From IMG/VR virus record IMGVR_UViG_2630968543_000003: a stretch of 46,496 nucleotides of DNA. One strand, given 5' to 3'. The notes beneath the pieces were generated by a model, which worked only from the letters and a program-made list of their open reading frames with translations, made no database searches and had not been told where the DNA came from. Below are positions 16,562 to 25,887 of the stretch, in pieces (the stretch's first letter is position 1; each line of letters starts with the position of its first letter). This DNA is from a virus. Lineage: Duplodnaviria > Heunggongvirae > Uroviricota > Caudoviricetes. The translations under genes were made by a program, and so were the position numbers.

Positions 16562-18345
16562 AGCCGTCGGATGGAGAAGGCGCAGTTATCAGCACCACCA
16601 GCAACCCGGAGTATTACTTTGTTGTTGCCCTGGCCGGGCAGTCAAACGGTATGGCGTATGGTGAAGGGCTTCCACTGCCGGAGACATATGACCGTCCGGA
16701 CCCGCGTATTAAACAGCTGGCGCGTCGCAGCACTGTCACGCCGGGTGGTGCGTCCTGTAACTACAATGACATTATTCCTGCGGACCACTGCCTGCATGAT
16801 GTTCAGGATTTGAGTAAGTTTTCACACCCGAAAGCCAGTGCAGCTCAGTATGGATGCGTGGGGCAGGGATTACATATCGCGAAGAAATTGTTGCCGTTTA
16901 TTCCGGCGAATGCCGGTATTCTTCTGGTTCCGTGCTGCCGTGGTGGTTCTGCATTTTTGGCGGGCGATGAAGGTACCTTCAGCGAATCCACCGGCGCAAG
17001 CGAGACCTCGGCACGCTGGGGTGTAGATAAGCCACTGTACAAGGACCTGCTTACCCGTACTCAGGCCGCACTGAAGGCCAACCCTAAAAATATTCTGCTT
17101 GCAGTGGTCTGGATGCAGGGCGAGTTTGATTTGAAACAGGGTGCATACGCCACTCAGCCGGGGCTGTTTGATTCCATGGTGGAAAAATATCGTTCTGACC
17201 TGTCGGAATTCGGAGGTCAGTGTCTCGGGGGCTCTCCGTCATCGGTTCCCTGGATTTGTGGCGACACGACCTACTACTGGAAGCAGACTTATTCTTCGCA
17301 ATACGATGCGGTGTATGGTGCATACAAGACGAAATCCGCAAAAAAAATCTTCTTTGTGCCGTTTATGACGGATGAAAACGGGCGAAATGTGGGTACCAAC
17401 GAGCCGTCAGAAGATCCGGATGTTGCGGATATTGGGTATTACGGAGCCGGTGGTCGAACGGACGCCAAAACCTGGACGACGGCTGACCGTAAAACGCATT
17501 TTGGATCATGGGCACGTCGTGGGATTATTTCCGACCGTCTGGCAACGGCGATTCTTGTGCATGCCGGGAGAACCGCTGAATTCATTACCGGAAAACAGCC
17601 TGATACGGTGAAGCCCACCGGACCTTCCGGTGAAGGTACGGAGAGAGAGCCGGAAGGTCCGGTCAGTAACCGAACCCTGATGAGTCTGCTGGCGTCCGGC
17701 GAAGACCTGGCATCACAGGGCTGGCGCTATTATCACAAACCGGCGAGCGGAGACAATGTTAACAAAAACATTGCTGAAGCGGTGGTCAGTGATGCGGGGG
17801 CTACGGGAGGTAAGGCCCTGCAACTGAATAAACCGGAAAACCACATCTGGTTTCTGGAGCATGATGCAGCCGGGCAGGGGGCAGAGTTGCTGAAGAAAGG
17901 AGGACGTGTGAGCGTACGGTTTAAGTTGCCGGGTTCACTGGTGCCGAATCAGTTTGCCCTGGGCATTTACTGGCAGTTGTCGTCCCTGCCGGAGGGAGTG
18001 ACGCTGGCAGAGGAAGGCAACGACATGCTGATGTCCTTCTTTCTGCAGACGGATGCGACGAACCTGAACGCGATGCACCACAAGAAGCCGAATGCGAAGC
18101 TGGAAACGTTCGGGGTCTTTGATAACGGATGGCACACACTGGCTTTTGAGTTTGCCGGAAACAACAGCATTCAGGTGACGCCGGTACTGGATGAGAAACG
18201 GGGGACGCCGTTCACACTGGTGAAATCTCCGGCATCAGGGGCGGCGGACAAACTGCAACTGACAGGCATATCAAAGGCGGCGACATATACGCTGCTGATT
18301 GACAGTGTGAAGGTGGAAGTGAACAACGCGGATGCCGCGGCATGA
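16552..18345 (+). CDS. nanS: prophage sialate 9-O-acetylesterase (NanS-p-like, SASA family)
   Basis: 597-aa ORF from a GTG; GQSN motif (ALAGQSNGMAYGEG) typical of SASA esterases; located between tRNAs and lysis genes. Confidence 0.7.
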   Translation: MVVKPSDGEGAVISTTSNPEYYFVVALAGQSNGMAYGEGLPLPETYDRPDPRIKQLARRSTVTPGGASCNYNDIIPADHCLHDVQDLSKFSHPKASAAQYGCVGQGLHIAKKLLPFIPANAGILLVPCCRGGSAFLAGDEGTFSESTGASETSARWGVDKPLYKDLLTRTQAALKANPKNILLAVVWMQGEFDLKQGAYATQPGLFDSMVEKYRSDLSEFGGQCLGGSPSSVPWICGDTTYYWKQTYSSQYDAVYGAYKTKSAKKIFFVPFMTDENGRNVGTNEPSEDPDVADIGYYGAGGRTDAKTWTTADRKTHFGSWARRGIISDRLATAILVHAGRTAEFITGKQPDTVKPTGPSGEGTEREPEGPVSNRTLMSLLASGEDLASQGWRYYHKPASGDNVNKNIAEAVVSDAGATGGKALQLNKPENHIWFLEHDAAGQGAELLKKGGRVSVRFKLPGSLVPNQFALGIYWQLSSLPEGVTLAEEGNDMLMSFFLQTDATNLNAMHHKKPNAKLETFGVFDNGWHTLAFEFAGNNSIQVTPVLDEKRGTPFTLVKSPASGAADKLQLTGISKAATYTLLIDSVKVEVNNADAAA

Positions 18346-18496
18346 TAAAAAAAGGCCGCCAGCAATGAAGGAAAGGGATGAACTGTGTCCACTACATGAA
18401 TGCTGGCGGCTGGTAAAACGACCACGATGACACCGAAGTTTGCGATATTTTTCTACAAAAATAAGTAAATCATGTCAACTATCACGGTGAGAAACC

Positions 18497-18679
18497 ATGA
18501 CATTTCTGAACCAGTTAATGCTGTACTTCTGTACGGCAGTCTGTGTTATGTATCTTCTTTCGGGTGGGTACAGGGCAGTGCGCGATTTCTGGCGCAGGCA
18601 GATTGATAAAAGGGCCGCTGAGAGAATCAGCGCCAGTCAGTCAGCCGGAAGCAAACCCGAAGATCCGCTCATTCCGTAG
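18497..18679 (+). CDS. hypothetical small membrane protein (60 aa)
   Basis: ORF with a hydrophobic N-terminus; no family recognised. Confidence 0.3.
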   Translation: MTFLNQLMLYFCTAVCVMYLLSGGYRAVRDFWRRQIDKRAAERISASQSAGSKPEDPLIP

Positions 18680-18716
18680 TCACTTTCTTGACAACACCTT
18701 TCAACGAGAAAATCCC

Positions 18717-18986
18717 ATGTCAGAAATCACATCCCTGGTCACTGCTGAGGCAGTGAAGGAAGTCCTGCGCTCTGAAGAAGTCCTGAGCGCACTGAAACAG
18801 AAACTCCGCCAGAACCTTGAGTCGCGTCTTGATGCAGAAGTGGATGCCATTCTGGATGAGCTGCTGGGCGTACCAGCGGTTCCGGAGCCGGAAGGCATTG
18901 CGGATGACAGTACTGTTTCAGATGGCGTCGGGTCTCAGCCTGACGGTAGTGAAGAGCCTCAGCCTGACGGCGAAATGATGATGTAA
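18717..18986 (+). CDS. hypothetical acidic protein (89 aa; track ORF starts at 18543)
   Basis: First ATG at 18717 (MSEITSLVTAEAV...); acidic C-terminus. Confidence 0.35.
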   Translation: MSEITSLVTAEAVKEVLRSEEVLSALKQKLRQNLESRLDAEVDAILDELLGVPAVPEPEGIADDSTVSDGVGSQPDGSEEPQPDGEMMM

Positions 18987-19061
18987 CCATGCGCAGGGGG
19001 TGTCGGTGTGAGCTGATGCCCCACTTGTTGTTGTGAGCTTCCGGATTGCGGGAGACGGGGT

Positions 19062-19277
19062 ATGTACCAGATGGAAAAAATCACAACAGGTGTGTCATAC
19101 ACCACGTCAGCGGTGGGAACGGGCTACTGGTTCCTGCAGTTGCTGGACAGGGTTTCCCCGTCTCAGTGGGCGGCAATAGGCGTGCTGGGGAGTCTGCTGT
19201 TTGGGCTGCTGACATATCTGACTAACCTGTATTTCAAAATCAGAGAGGACCGGCGTAAGGCGGCGCGGGGAGAGTAA
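19062..19277 (+). CDS. S: holin, phage 21 S-like pinholin with dual start (Met1/Met4)
   Basis: 71 aa; MYQMEKI dual-start motif; C-terminal [22 protein letters not shown] matches the S21 pinholin family from memory. Confidence 0.8.
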   Translation: MYQMEKITTGVSYTTSAVGTGYWFLQLLDRVSPSQWAAIGVLGSLLFGLLTYLTNLYFKIREDRRKAARGE

Positions 19278-19281
19278 AGTG

Positions 19282-19632
19282 ATGAATAAAAAATATGAAC
19301 TGGTTGTTAAGGGGATAAATAATTACGGGGATAAGGTTACTGTTACTGTGAAGCCGGAAGGTGACGGGCAAGCGTCGCTGTTGTTGCCAGATGTGGCGAT
19401 TAGTCTTGACCGTACTGAAGGTGCCACGCTGGAGTTTTACGAAGCTGAGGCGAAAAAGCAGGCGAAGCAGTTTTTCATGGATGTTGCTGCCGGGTTATGT
19501 GAATGGAACGAACCGTTGCCGGAAAAGCGCCCCGTAATTTTAGAGGCGCAGGATGTGTTGATAACCTACAAAGGAAAGCTACCGGGAAGAATTACTGGTT
19601 CTCTGAAGACTCCACCGGAATCACAACCTTAA
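19282..19632 (+). CDS. hypothetical protein (116 aa) between holin and endolysin
   Basis: ATG at 19282, 4 nt after the holin stop; no family recognised. Confidence 0.5.
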   Translation: MNKKYELVVKGINNYGDKVTVTVKPEGDGQASLLLPDVAISLDRTEGATLEFYEAEAKKQAKQFFMDVAAGLCEWNEPLPEKRPVILEAQDVLITYKGKLPGRITGSLKTPPESQP

Positions 19633-19695
19633 TTCACTGACCGGAACAGATAAACCTGTCCGTGGGCAGAAACCGATAAATCCTGATAAATATCC

Positions 19696-20229
19696 ATGAA
19701 CGCAAAAATCAGATACGGCCTGTCGGCTGCCGTTCTGGCGCTGATTGCCGCAGGTGCGCCTGCGCCTGACATTCTCGACCAGTTTCTGGATGAAAAGGAA
19801 GGTAACCACACCACGGCATACCGTGATGGTGCGGGTATCTGGACTATCTGCCGCGGTGCCATCCTGGTGGATGGCAAACCTGTCGTTCCGGGCATGAAGT
19901 TGTCGAAGGAAAAATGCGACCAGGTTAACGCCATTGAGCGTGATAAAGCGCTGGCATGGGTGGAGAAAAACATCAGAGTGCCATTGAGTGAACCCCAGAA
20001 AGCGGGGATCGCGTCATTCTGTCCGTACAACATTGGTCCCGGTAAGTGTTTCCCGTCGACGTTTTATAAACGAATTAATGCAGGTGATCGCAGGGGAGCG
20101 TGTGAGGCGATTCGCTGGTGGATTAAGGACGGTGGCAGAGACTGCCGTATCCGCTCAAATAACTGTTATGGTCAGGTATCCCGTCGTGACCAGGAGAGCG
20201 CGCTGGCGTGCTGGGGAATCGACAGATAA
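19696..20229 (+). CDS. R: SAR endolysin (GH24 lysozyme with N-terminal signal-arrest-release domain)
   Basis: 177 aa; Gly/Ala-rich weakly hydrophobic N-terminus YGLSAAVLALIAAGAPA; catalytic E-x8-D-x5-T pattern (EGNHTTAYRDGAGIWT). Confidence 0.85.
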   Translation: MNAKIRYGLSAAVLALIAAGAPAPDILDQFLDEKEGNHTTAYRDGAGIWTICRGAILVDGKPVVPGMKLSKEKCDQVNAIERDKALAWVEKNIRVPLSEPQKAGIASFCPYNIGPGKCFPSTFYKRINAGDRRGACEAIRWWIKDGGRDCRIRSNNCYGQVSRRDQESALACWGIDR

Positions 20230-20320
20230 GCAGAATATTTTGCTGAAAAATAAGGCATGGCCACGCGGGCGGATAACATGAAATCCTGCGAACTGGCGAA
20301 ACGTAAGTGAATAAAAGTAA

Positions 20321-20356
20321 AAACCCCGTTTGTTGGCACCAAGCGGGGTTTTGTGT
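20321..20356. terminator. hairpin with flanking A and T tracts (possible bidirectional terminator) between endolysin and Rz
   Basis: Stem AAACCCCG/CGGGGTTT followed by TTTTGTGTTT. Confidence 0.4.
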
Positions 20357-20388
20357 TTCCTGACTCCGGAAAAGTCAAAGGAGAAAGT

Positions 20389-20526
20389 GTGTTTGATTTT
20401 AGCAAACTGATTCGGGAGATTCGAGTGATGGCTGAAAAATTATCCACCTGGAAGTTCATTCTTATCTGGCTGGTGTTTGTGATTATGGCCTCCGGTTATT
20501 TCATCGGTCAGATACGCTGGTGGTGA
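20389..20526 (+). CDS. possible small single-pass membrane peptide (45 aa) immediately upstream of Rz
   Basis: AAGGAG RBS 5 nt before an in-frame GTG at 20389 (ATG at 20428); hydrophobic core WKFILIWLVFVIMASGYFIG; stop 1 nt before the Rz start. Confidence 0.35.
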   Translation: MFDFSKLIREIRVMAEKLSTWKFILIWLVFVIMASGYFIGQIRWW

Positions 20527-20527
20527 A

Positions 20528-20965
20528 ATGAACCGCGTACTGTGCGTGGTCATCATTGCCCTGCTGGTGGCCTGTGGTGCGCTTAGTCTGGGGCTGAATC
20601 ATTACCGTGATAACGCCATGACCTACAAAGAGCAGCGCGATAAAGCCACATCCATCATCGCTGATATGCAGAAGCGTCAACGTGATGTAGCAGAACTCGA
20701 CGCCAGATACACAAAGGAGCTTGCTGATGCTAACGCGACTATCGAAAGTCTCCGTGCTGATGTTTCTGCTGGTCGTAAGCGCCTGCAAGTCGCCGCCACC
20801 TGTGCAAAGTCAACGACCGGAGCCAGCAGCATGGGCGATGGAGAAAGCCCAAGACTTACAGCAGATGCTGAACTCAATTATTACCGTCTCCGAAGTGGAA
20901 TCGACAAGATAACCGCGCAGGTTAACTACCTGCAGGAATACATCAGGACGCAATGCCTGAAATAA
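20528..20965 (+). CDS. Rz: Rz-like inner-membrane spanin subunit
   Basis: 145 aa; N-terminal transmembrane segment then coiled-coil periplasmic domain; contains an embedded Rz1 ORF. Confidence 0.8.
   Translation: MNRVLCVVIIALLVACGALSLGLNHYRDNAMTYKEQRDKATSIIADMQKRQRDVAELDARYTKELADANATIESLRADVSAGRKRLQVAATCAKSTTGASSMGDGESPRLTADAELNYYRLRSGIDKITAQVNYLQEYIRTQCLK
20727..20912 (+). CDS. Rz1: Rz1-like outer-membrane lipoprotein spanin subunit (embedded in Rz, +1 frame)
   Basis: 61 aa from the ATG at 20727 with AAGGAG RBS; lipobox LVVSAC; proline-rich KSPPPVQSQRPEPAAW. Confidence 0.75.
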   Translation: MLTRLSKVSVLMFLLVVSACKSPPPVQSQRPEPAAWAMEKAQDLQQMLNSIITVSEVESTR

Positions 20966-20997
20966 TTTTTTTGCAAATCACAAAGTCCATTTAATGA

Positions 20998-21019
20998 GCC
21001 TCGCGATGCGGGGCTTTTT
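20998..21019 (+). terminator. intrinsic terminator after Rz/Rz1
   Basis: Stem GCCTCGC/GCGGGGC (one G-U pair) followed by TTTTT. Confidence 0.5.
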
Positions 21020-21166
21020 GCAATAAATGCGTACCGCAACGCATGTTTTTTACACCGAACCTGCCCCTTTGGAATGGGCCTTTGAGGATACCAGTTAGTG
21101 CTGGCGAGCCTCGGTGGGCTGGTTTCCTATGCGGCAAAGGTTCATTTCAAATGGTAGGTAAACGTT

Positions 21167-21688
21167 ATGAATATCGTGCCACTTAATTACAAAGGTGAAA
21201 TTGTCAGTTTCAACACTGATGGTTGGATCAACGTCACAGGTGTTGCTGAGAGATTTGGAAAACGCATTGATAACTGGATGCGTTTGGCAGAAACGCTTGA
21301 ATACGTTCGTGCTTTAGACGAAGCGTTGACCGGGAAAGAATCTCAAATTTTACATCCCTCACAATCGAGGTATGTAAAAACCAGCAAGGCACGAAAGGAC
21401 AGGGGTGGTGGTACGTGGCTACATCCAAAACTTTCAGTTGCATTTGCCCGTTGGTGTGATGCTCGTTTTGCTGTGTGGTGCGACCTGCACATTGATAGTC
21501 TGCTTCGCGGTGAACTGACTGAGCAGCAGAAATATGAGCAAGCATGTCGCATTCGCGATGACCGGAAATCAAAAGCCAGCAATGGGGCAAGAGAGATGGC
21601 TCGCTGGCGATGGGATAAGCCGGTTATTGAAGCAAATGTTGAGTACTGGCGCGAGCAACTGCAGTTGACTCTCGATATCGCGTGCTGA
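21167..21688 (+). CDS. KilA-N domain protein
   Basis: 173 aa; TWLHPKLSVAFARWCDARFAVW region resembles the KilA-N DNA-binding domain; preceded by a terminator, so likely its own transcription unit. Confidence 0.6.
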   Translation: MNIVPLNYKGEIVSFNTDGWINVTGVAERFGKRIDNWMRLAETLEYVRALDEALTGKESQILHPSQSRYVKTSKARKDRGGGTWLHPKLSVAFARWCDARFAVWCDLHIDSLLRGELTEQQKYEQACRIRDDRKSKASNGAREMARWRWDKPVIEANVEYWREQLQLTLDIAC

Positions 21689-22669
21689 TGGCAAACGCAA
21701 AACTGCGTTATCGGAAAAATCAAAGCATTACGAGAACTGAGCAACGGCTATCCATTACAAAGCCCATCTACGGGTGGGCTTGATAATGAAACCGGAATTT
21801 ATTCTTGGCAACCAGTTACGGCAGTACCACGAAACAACCCAAGCCAGTAAGTGGGGAAATAACACTGGCAGCCACTGAAAGATGAAGCTCCTGCCTTAAG
21901 GCAAAAAAGATTCTTTGTGGTGGCGGACTGATGGAAAGACATCGGTTATTGCAGAGGCCATTCAATGAGTGGTCTCGACAATGGCTTATACCCTACACGG
22001 GATAACTTAACTGATATCCCTGTTAAAGGATAAAGGTATTCAAGCCTGACACATCATGCGCTGTATCGTCGCCGTATTCCTGCATTAACAGAGACCGCAG
22101 CCCGACAGGGAGACTCCTCTGCGCGAGTGTGCGGGGATAATCAAAAACGATACACACCGGGGTTTACCGCGTTAACGGAGCGCGGCGTTGTCCCCTCATA
22201 GTCGCCTGTCCGGTGCGATGGTGGAAGAAACCGGATGTTTATCACTATTAATTGATGACACAGAAATGGATTCATTGAATTTCAGCACGTTTTTGTATTC
22301 GTGTTATTGAACATCTGTTTATTTTACTTTTAACATATTGATAATAAAAAGAGCTGTAAATCTTTAGATGAGTCGATTTTGTCCGGGGAAGTTCAAATGG
22401 ATTTTATGCTGACGGTTTCTGGTGTGGTTATCCTGTCCATTGCTTATACTGCAGATAAATATGGCTGCCATTTGTTATCACGTATTGGCGCTTATTGTTC
22501 GTTGATGCTGATTTTCTCGTCGCTTTTTTTTGAGTAAGTTATATTAATTATAACAAATAATTTTCTGTGTTATTTTTTCAGGCTATCCCGTCAGAGGGGA
22601 AGCCTGTACTGCCGGGGAGCGAATGGAAAACTGATGTGTCCGGTAACTGCGTGTTCTGTGAACACCATG

Positions 22670-22855
22670 TTACTTAATTATGTAATTCATACCCGAACTC
22701 TCTGTTGACAGCCTTCTTCTGCAGGCTTCAATAACCCACGCTGAAAAGTTTCCTGAACCTTTCAGATCAAGAGCGATGTTAATTTGTTCAATCATCTGGT
22801 TTGGAAATCGGATGTTGCGGGTTGTTGTTCTGCGGGTTCTGTTCTTTGATGACAT
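22670..22855 (-). CDS. small ribbon-helix-helix-like protein (61 aa)
   Basis: IRFPNQMIEQINIALDLKG...NFSAWVIEACRRRL suggests a strand-helix-helix Arc/CopG-like fold; lies in the cos-proximal region. Confidence 0.35.
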   Translation of the reverse strand: MSSKNRTRRTTTRNIRFPNQMIEQINIALDLKGSGNFSAWVIEACRRRLSTESSGMNYIIK

Positions 22856-23062
22856 AATGTTTCCCCATATTCAGTGTTGCTGATTTGTATTATCTGAAGT
22901 TGCTTTTACGTTAATTTGATGCAGATCAATTAATACGATACCTGCGTCATAATTGATTATTTCTCGCGGTTTGATGGCGTACACACATGTTGTGATAAAC
23001 CTTATATAGATGATAATCATTATCATTTTCGTGGGTCCTTTCCGGCGATCCGACCGGTTACG

Positions 23063-23074
23063 GGGCGGCGACCT
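23063..23074 (+). other. cos: cosN cohesive-end site
   Basis: Exact lambda 12-nt cohesive-end sequence GGGCGGCGACCT; the sequence to its left closely matches the lambda right end as remembered, and the sequence to its right diverges. Confidence 0.8.
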
Positions 23075-23290
23075 CGCGCGTTTTCACTATTTATGAGATT
23101 TTTTGAGGGGGTGGTTGTTGTTTAATTGTTTGGTATATCTAATTGATAAGTAAGGTGAAAATAAAATAAATACAACAACCTTACGATGTGTTTTGATGTC
23201 GTCAATGCGAAAAATGTCAATGATATCAAATGGTTTTGCAAAAACACATGGTTGTTGTTTCGCTTTTTATCGATGACTTATGGAGAGGAG

Positions 23291-23797
23291 ATGGCCTTTT
23301 TATTGAATAAAAGTGATATGGCCTCCTCCATCGGTATCTCTGTTCAGGCATTTGATAAATGGGGCGTTCCTCCTGTTGAACGTCGGGGGAGGGAAGTTTT
23401 ATATGACGTTAAAACTGTACTGGAGATAGATCGCGAGCGGCGACAACACAATCAGAGAACACCTGATGACGGGGGAGAACTGGAGGAAAGGCTGCTTCGG
23501 GCCAGAGCTGAACTGACAGAAGAACAGGCTGTAGCTCAAAAACTTAAAAATCAGGTAACCGAAGGTAAGCTCATCGATTCAGACTTCTGCGTTTTCGCCC
23601 TCAGCAAACTGGCGATGGCATTGTCCAGTACGCTTGATTCCATTCCGTTATCCATGCAGCGACAGTTCCCGGATTTAACGCCACGTCATATTGACCATCT
23701 GAAAACCCTTATTGCAAAGGGCGCAAATCAGTGTGCGCGGGCAGGGGATAAATTACCGGATTTGCTGGATGAATATATCAGAGCAACAACTGAATAA
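23291..23797 (+). CDS. nu1: terminase small subunit (Nu1-like)
   Basis: Start at the ATG at 23291; segments such as VLYDVKTV, FCVFALSKLA, LPLSMQRQFPDL and HIDHLK parallel lambda Nu1. Confidence 0.85.
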   Translation: MAFLLNKSDMASSIGISVQAFDKWGVPPVERRGREVLYDVKTVLEIDRERRQHNQRTPDDGGELEERLLRARAELTEEQAVAQKLKNQVTEGKLIDSDFCVFALSKLAMALSSTLDSIPLSMQRQFPDLTPRHIDHLKTLIAKGANQCARAGDKLPDLLDEYIRATTE

Positions 23798-25697
23798 TAT
23801 GGTGGCCGCCGTTTCGGTTGCGCTGCAGCCTCTGGTCAGGGTTGTACCGATGACGGCAGTTGAATGGGCTGACCAGTATTATTATCTGCCGAAAGAATCC
23901 TCATACGGTGACGGCGAATGGAAAACGCTGCCGTTCCAGATCGCCATCATGAACAGTATGGGGAATGATCAGATCCGCACTGTTAATCTGATTAAATCTG
24001 CCCGTGTTGGCTATACAAAGATGTTGCTGGGAGTCGCCGGGTATTTTATTGAGCATAAATCCCGAAACAGTCTGCTTTTTCAGCCCACGGATTCTGCCGC
24101 TGAAGATTTTATGAAGTCTCACGTGGAGGCGACGATTCGGGATGTGCCATGTCTGAAAGACCTTTTTCCATGGCTGGGGCGTAAACATCGTGACAATACC
24201 CTCACGCTGAAACGCTTTTCATCGGGTGTGGGTTTCTGGTGCCTGGGCGGCGCTGCCGCCAAAAACTACCGTGAAAAATCCGTGGACGTGGTCTGCTATG
24301 ACGAACTTTCCTCGTTCGAACCGGATGTCGAAAAAGAGGGTTCGCCAACCCTGCTTGGGGATAAACGTATTGAGGGCTCTGTATGGCCCAAATCCATTCG
24401 CGGCTCGACGCCTAAAATCAAAGGCACCTGCCAGATCGAAAAAGCGGCCAACGAGTCGGCGCATTTCATGCGTTTTTATGTGCCCTGCCCACACTGTGGG
24501 GAGGAGCAGTATCTGAAATTTGGCGATGAATCCACGCCTTTTGGCCTTAAATGGGAGAAGGACAGCCCCGAAAGCGTTTTCTACCTCTGTGAACATCATG
24601 GCTGCGTGATCCATCAGTCTGAGCTTGACCAGAGCAACGGGCGGTGGATCTGTGAAAACACGGGGATGTGGACCCGTGACGGTCTGACGTTTTTCAGCGC
24701 CGCGGATAATGAAATTCCGCCGCCGCGCTCCATCACGTTCCATATCTGGACAGCGTACAGTCCGTTCACCACCTGGGTACAGATTGTCTATGACTGGCTG
24801 GATGCACTGAAAGATCCCAACGGCCTGAAAACCTTTGTGAACACCACGCTGGGCGAGACCTGGGAAGAGGCCGTGGGCGAAAAACTCGATCACCAGGTAC
24901 TGATGGATAAGGTCGTGCATTACACGGCGGCGGTGCCAGCCCGGGTGGTTTATCTGACGGCGGGCATTGACTCGCAGCGAAACCGTTTTGAGATGTATGT
25001 CTGGGGATGGGCACCGGGAGAGGAAGCTTTTCTGGTGGATAAAATCATCATTATGGGCCGTCCCGATGAGGAAGAGACGCTGTTACGTGTGGATGCGGCG
25101 ATCAACAAAAAATACTGCCATGCAGACGGAACCGAAATGACCATTTCCCGTGTCTGCTGGGACACCGGGGGGATCGATGGTGAAATTGTCTATCAGAGGT
25201 CAAAAAAACACGGTGTTTTCCGGGTGCTGCCGGTAAAAGGCGCATCTGTCTATGGCAAGCCGGTGATCACCATGCCGAAAACCCGCAATCAGCGGGGCGT
25301 GTATCTGTGTGAAGTGGGGACGGACACCGCAAAAGAAATTCTCTATGCCCGTATGAAAGCCGAGCCCACGCCTGCGGATGAAGCCACGTCGTATGCCATC
25401 CGTTTTCCTGATGATCCGGAGATTTTTTCGCAGACAGAGGCGCAGCAACTGGTCGCGGAAGAGCTTGTGGAGAAGTGGGAAAAAGGAAAGATGCGTCTGC
25501 TGTGGGATAACAAAAAGCGGCGTAACGAAGCGCTGGACTGCCTGGTGTATGCCTACGCGGCATTACGTGTGTCCGTGCAACGCTGGCAGCTTGATCTGGC
25601 TGTACTGGCAAAATCCCGGGAAGAAGAGACGCCCCGGCCAACCCTTAAAGAACTGGCAGCGAAGCTGTCCGGAGGAGTGAATGGTTACAGTCGCTGA
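23769..25697 (+). CDS. A: terminase large subunit (gpA-like)
   Basis: 642 aa from the ATG at 23769 (MNISEQQ...); TAVEWADQYYYLPKES and SARVGYTKMLLG parallel lambda gpA; overlaps the Nu1 end as in lambda. Confidence 0.9.
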   Translation: MNISEQQLNNMVAAVSVALQPLVRVVPMTAVEWADQYYYLPKESSYGDGEWKTLPFQIAIMNSMGNDQIRTVNLIKSARVGYTKMLLGVAGYFIEHKSRNSLLFQPTDSAAEDFMKSHVEATIRDVPCLKDLFPWLGRKHRDNTLTLKRFSSGVGFWCLGGAAAKNYREKSVDVVCYDELSSFEPDVEKEGSPTLLGDKRIEGSVWPKSIRGSTPKIKGTCQIEKAANESAHFMRFYVPCPHCGEEQYLKFGDESTPFGLKWEKDSPESVFYLCEHHGCVIHQSELDQSNGRWICENTGMWTRDGLTFFSAADNEIPPPRSITFHIWTAYSPFTTWVQIVYDWLDALKDPNGLKTFVNTTLGETWEEAVGEKLDHQVLMDKVVHYTAAVPARVVYLTAGIDSQRNRFEMYVWGWAPGEEAFLVDKIIIMGRPDEEETLLRVDAAINKKYCHADGTEMTISRVCWDTGGIDGEIVYQRSKKHGVFRVLPVKGASVYGKPVITMPKTRNQRGVYLCEVGTDTAKEILYARMKAEPTPADEATSYAIRFPDDPEIFSQTEAQQLVAEELVEKWEKGKMRLLWDNKKRRNEALDCLVYAYAALRVSVQRWQLDLAVLAKSREEETPRPTLKELAAKLSGGVNGYSR

Positions 25698-25887
25698 ACT
25701 GCAGGCGCTACGTCAGGCGCGCCTTGATTTATTAACCGGTAAACGGGTGGTGTCTGTCCAGAAAGATGGTCGCAGAATTGAATATACGGCGGCTTCTCTG
25801 GATGAGCTTAACCGGGCGATCAATGATGCGGAGTCGGTACTGGGGACAACCCGACGTCGCCGTCGTCCGCTGGGAGTGAGGTTATGA
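25681..25887 (+). CDS. W: head-tail joining protein (gpW-like)
   Basis: 68 aa; LTGKRVVSVQKDGRRIEYTAAS parallels lambda W. Confidence 0.8.
   Translation: MVTVAELQALRQARLDLLTGKRVVSVQKDGRRIEYTAASLDELNRAINDAESVLGTTRRRRRPLGVRL

Noticed and set aside
16571-16813. 80-aa ORF continuing the DUF1737 frame past its stop
   Set aside because: Out of frame with the esterase, which carries the GQSN motif; the translation has no recognisable features.
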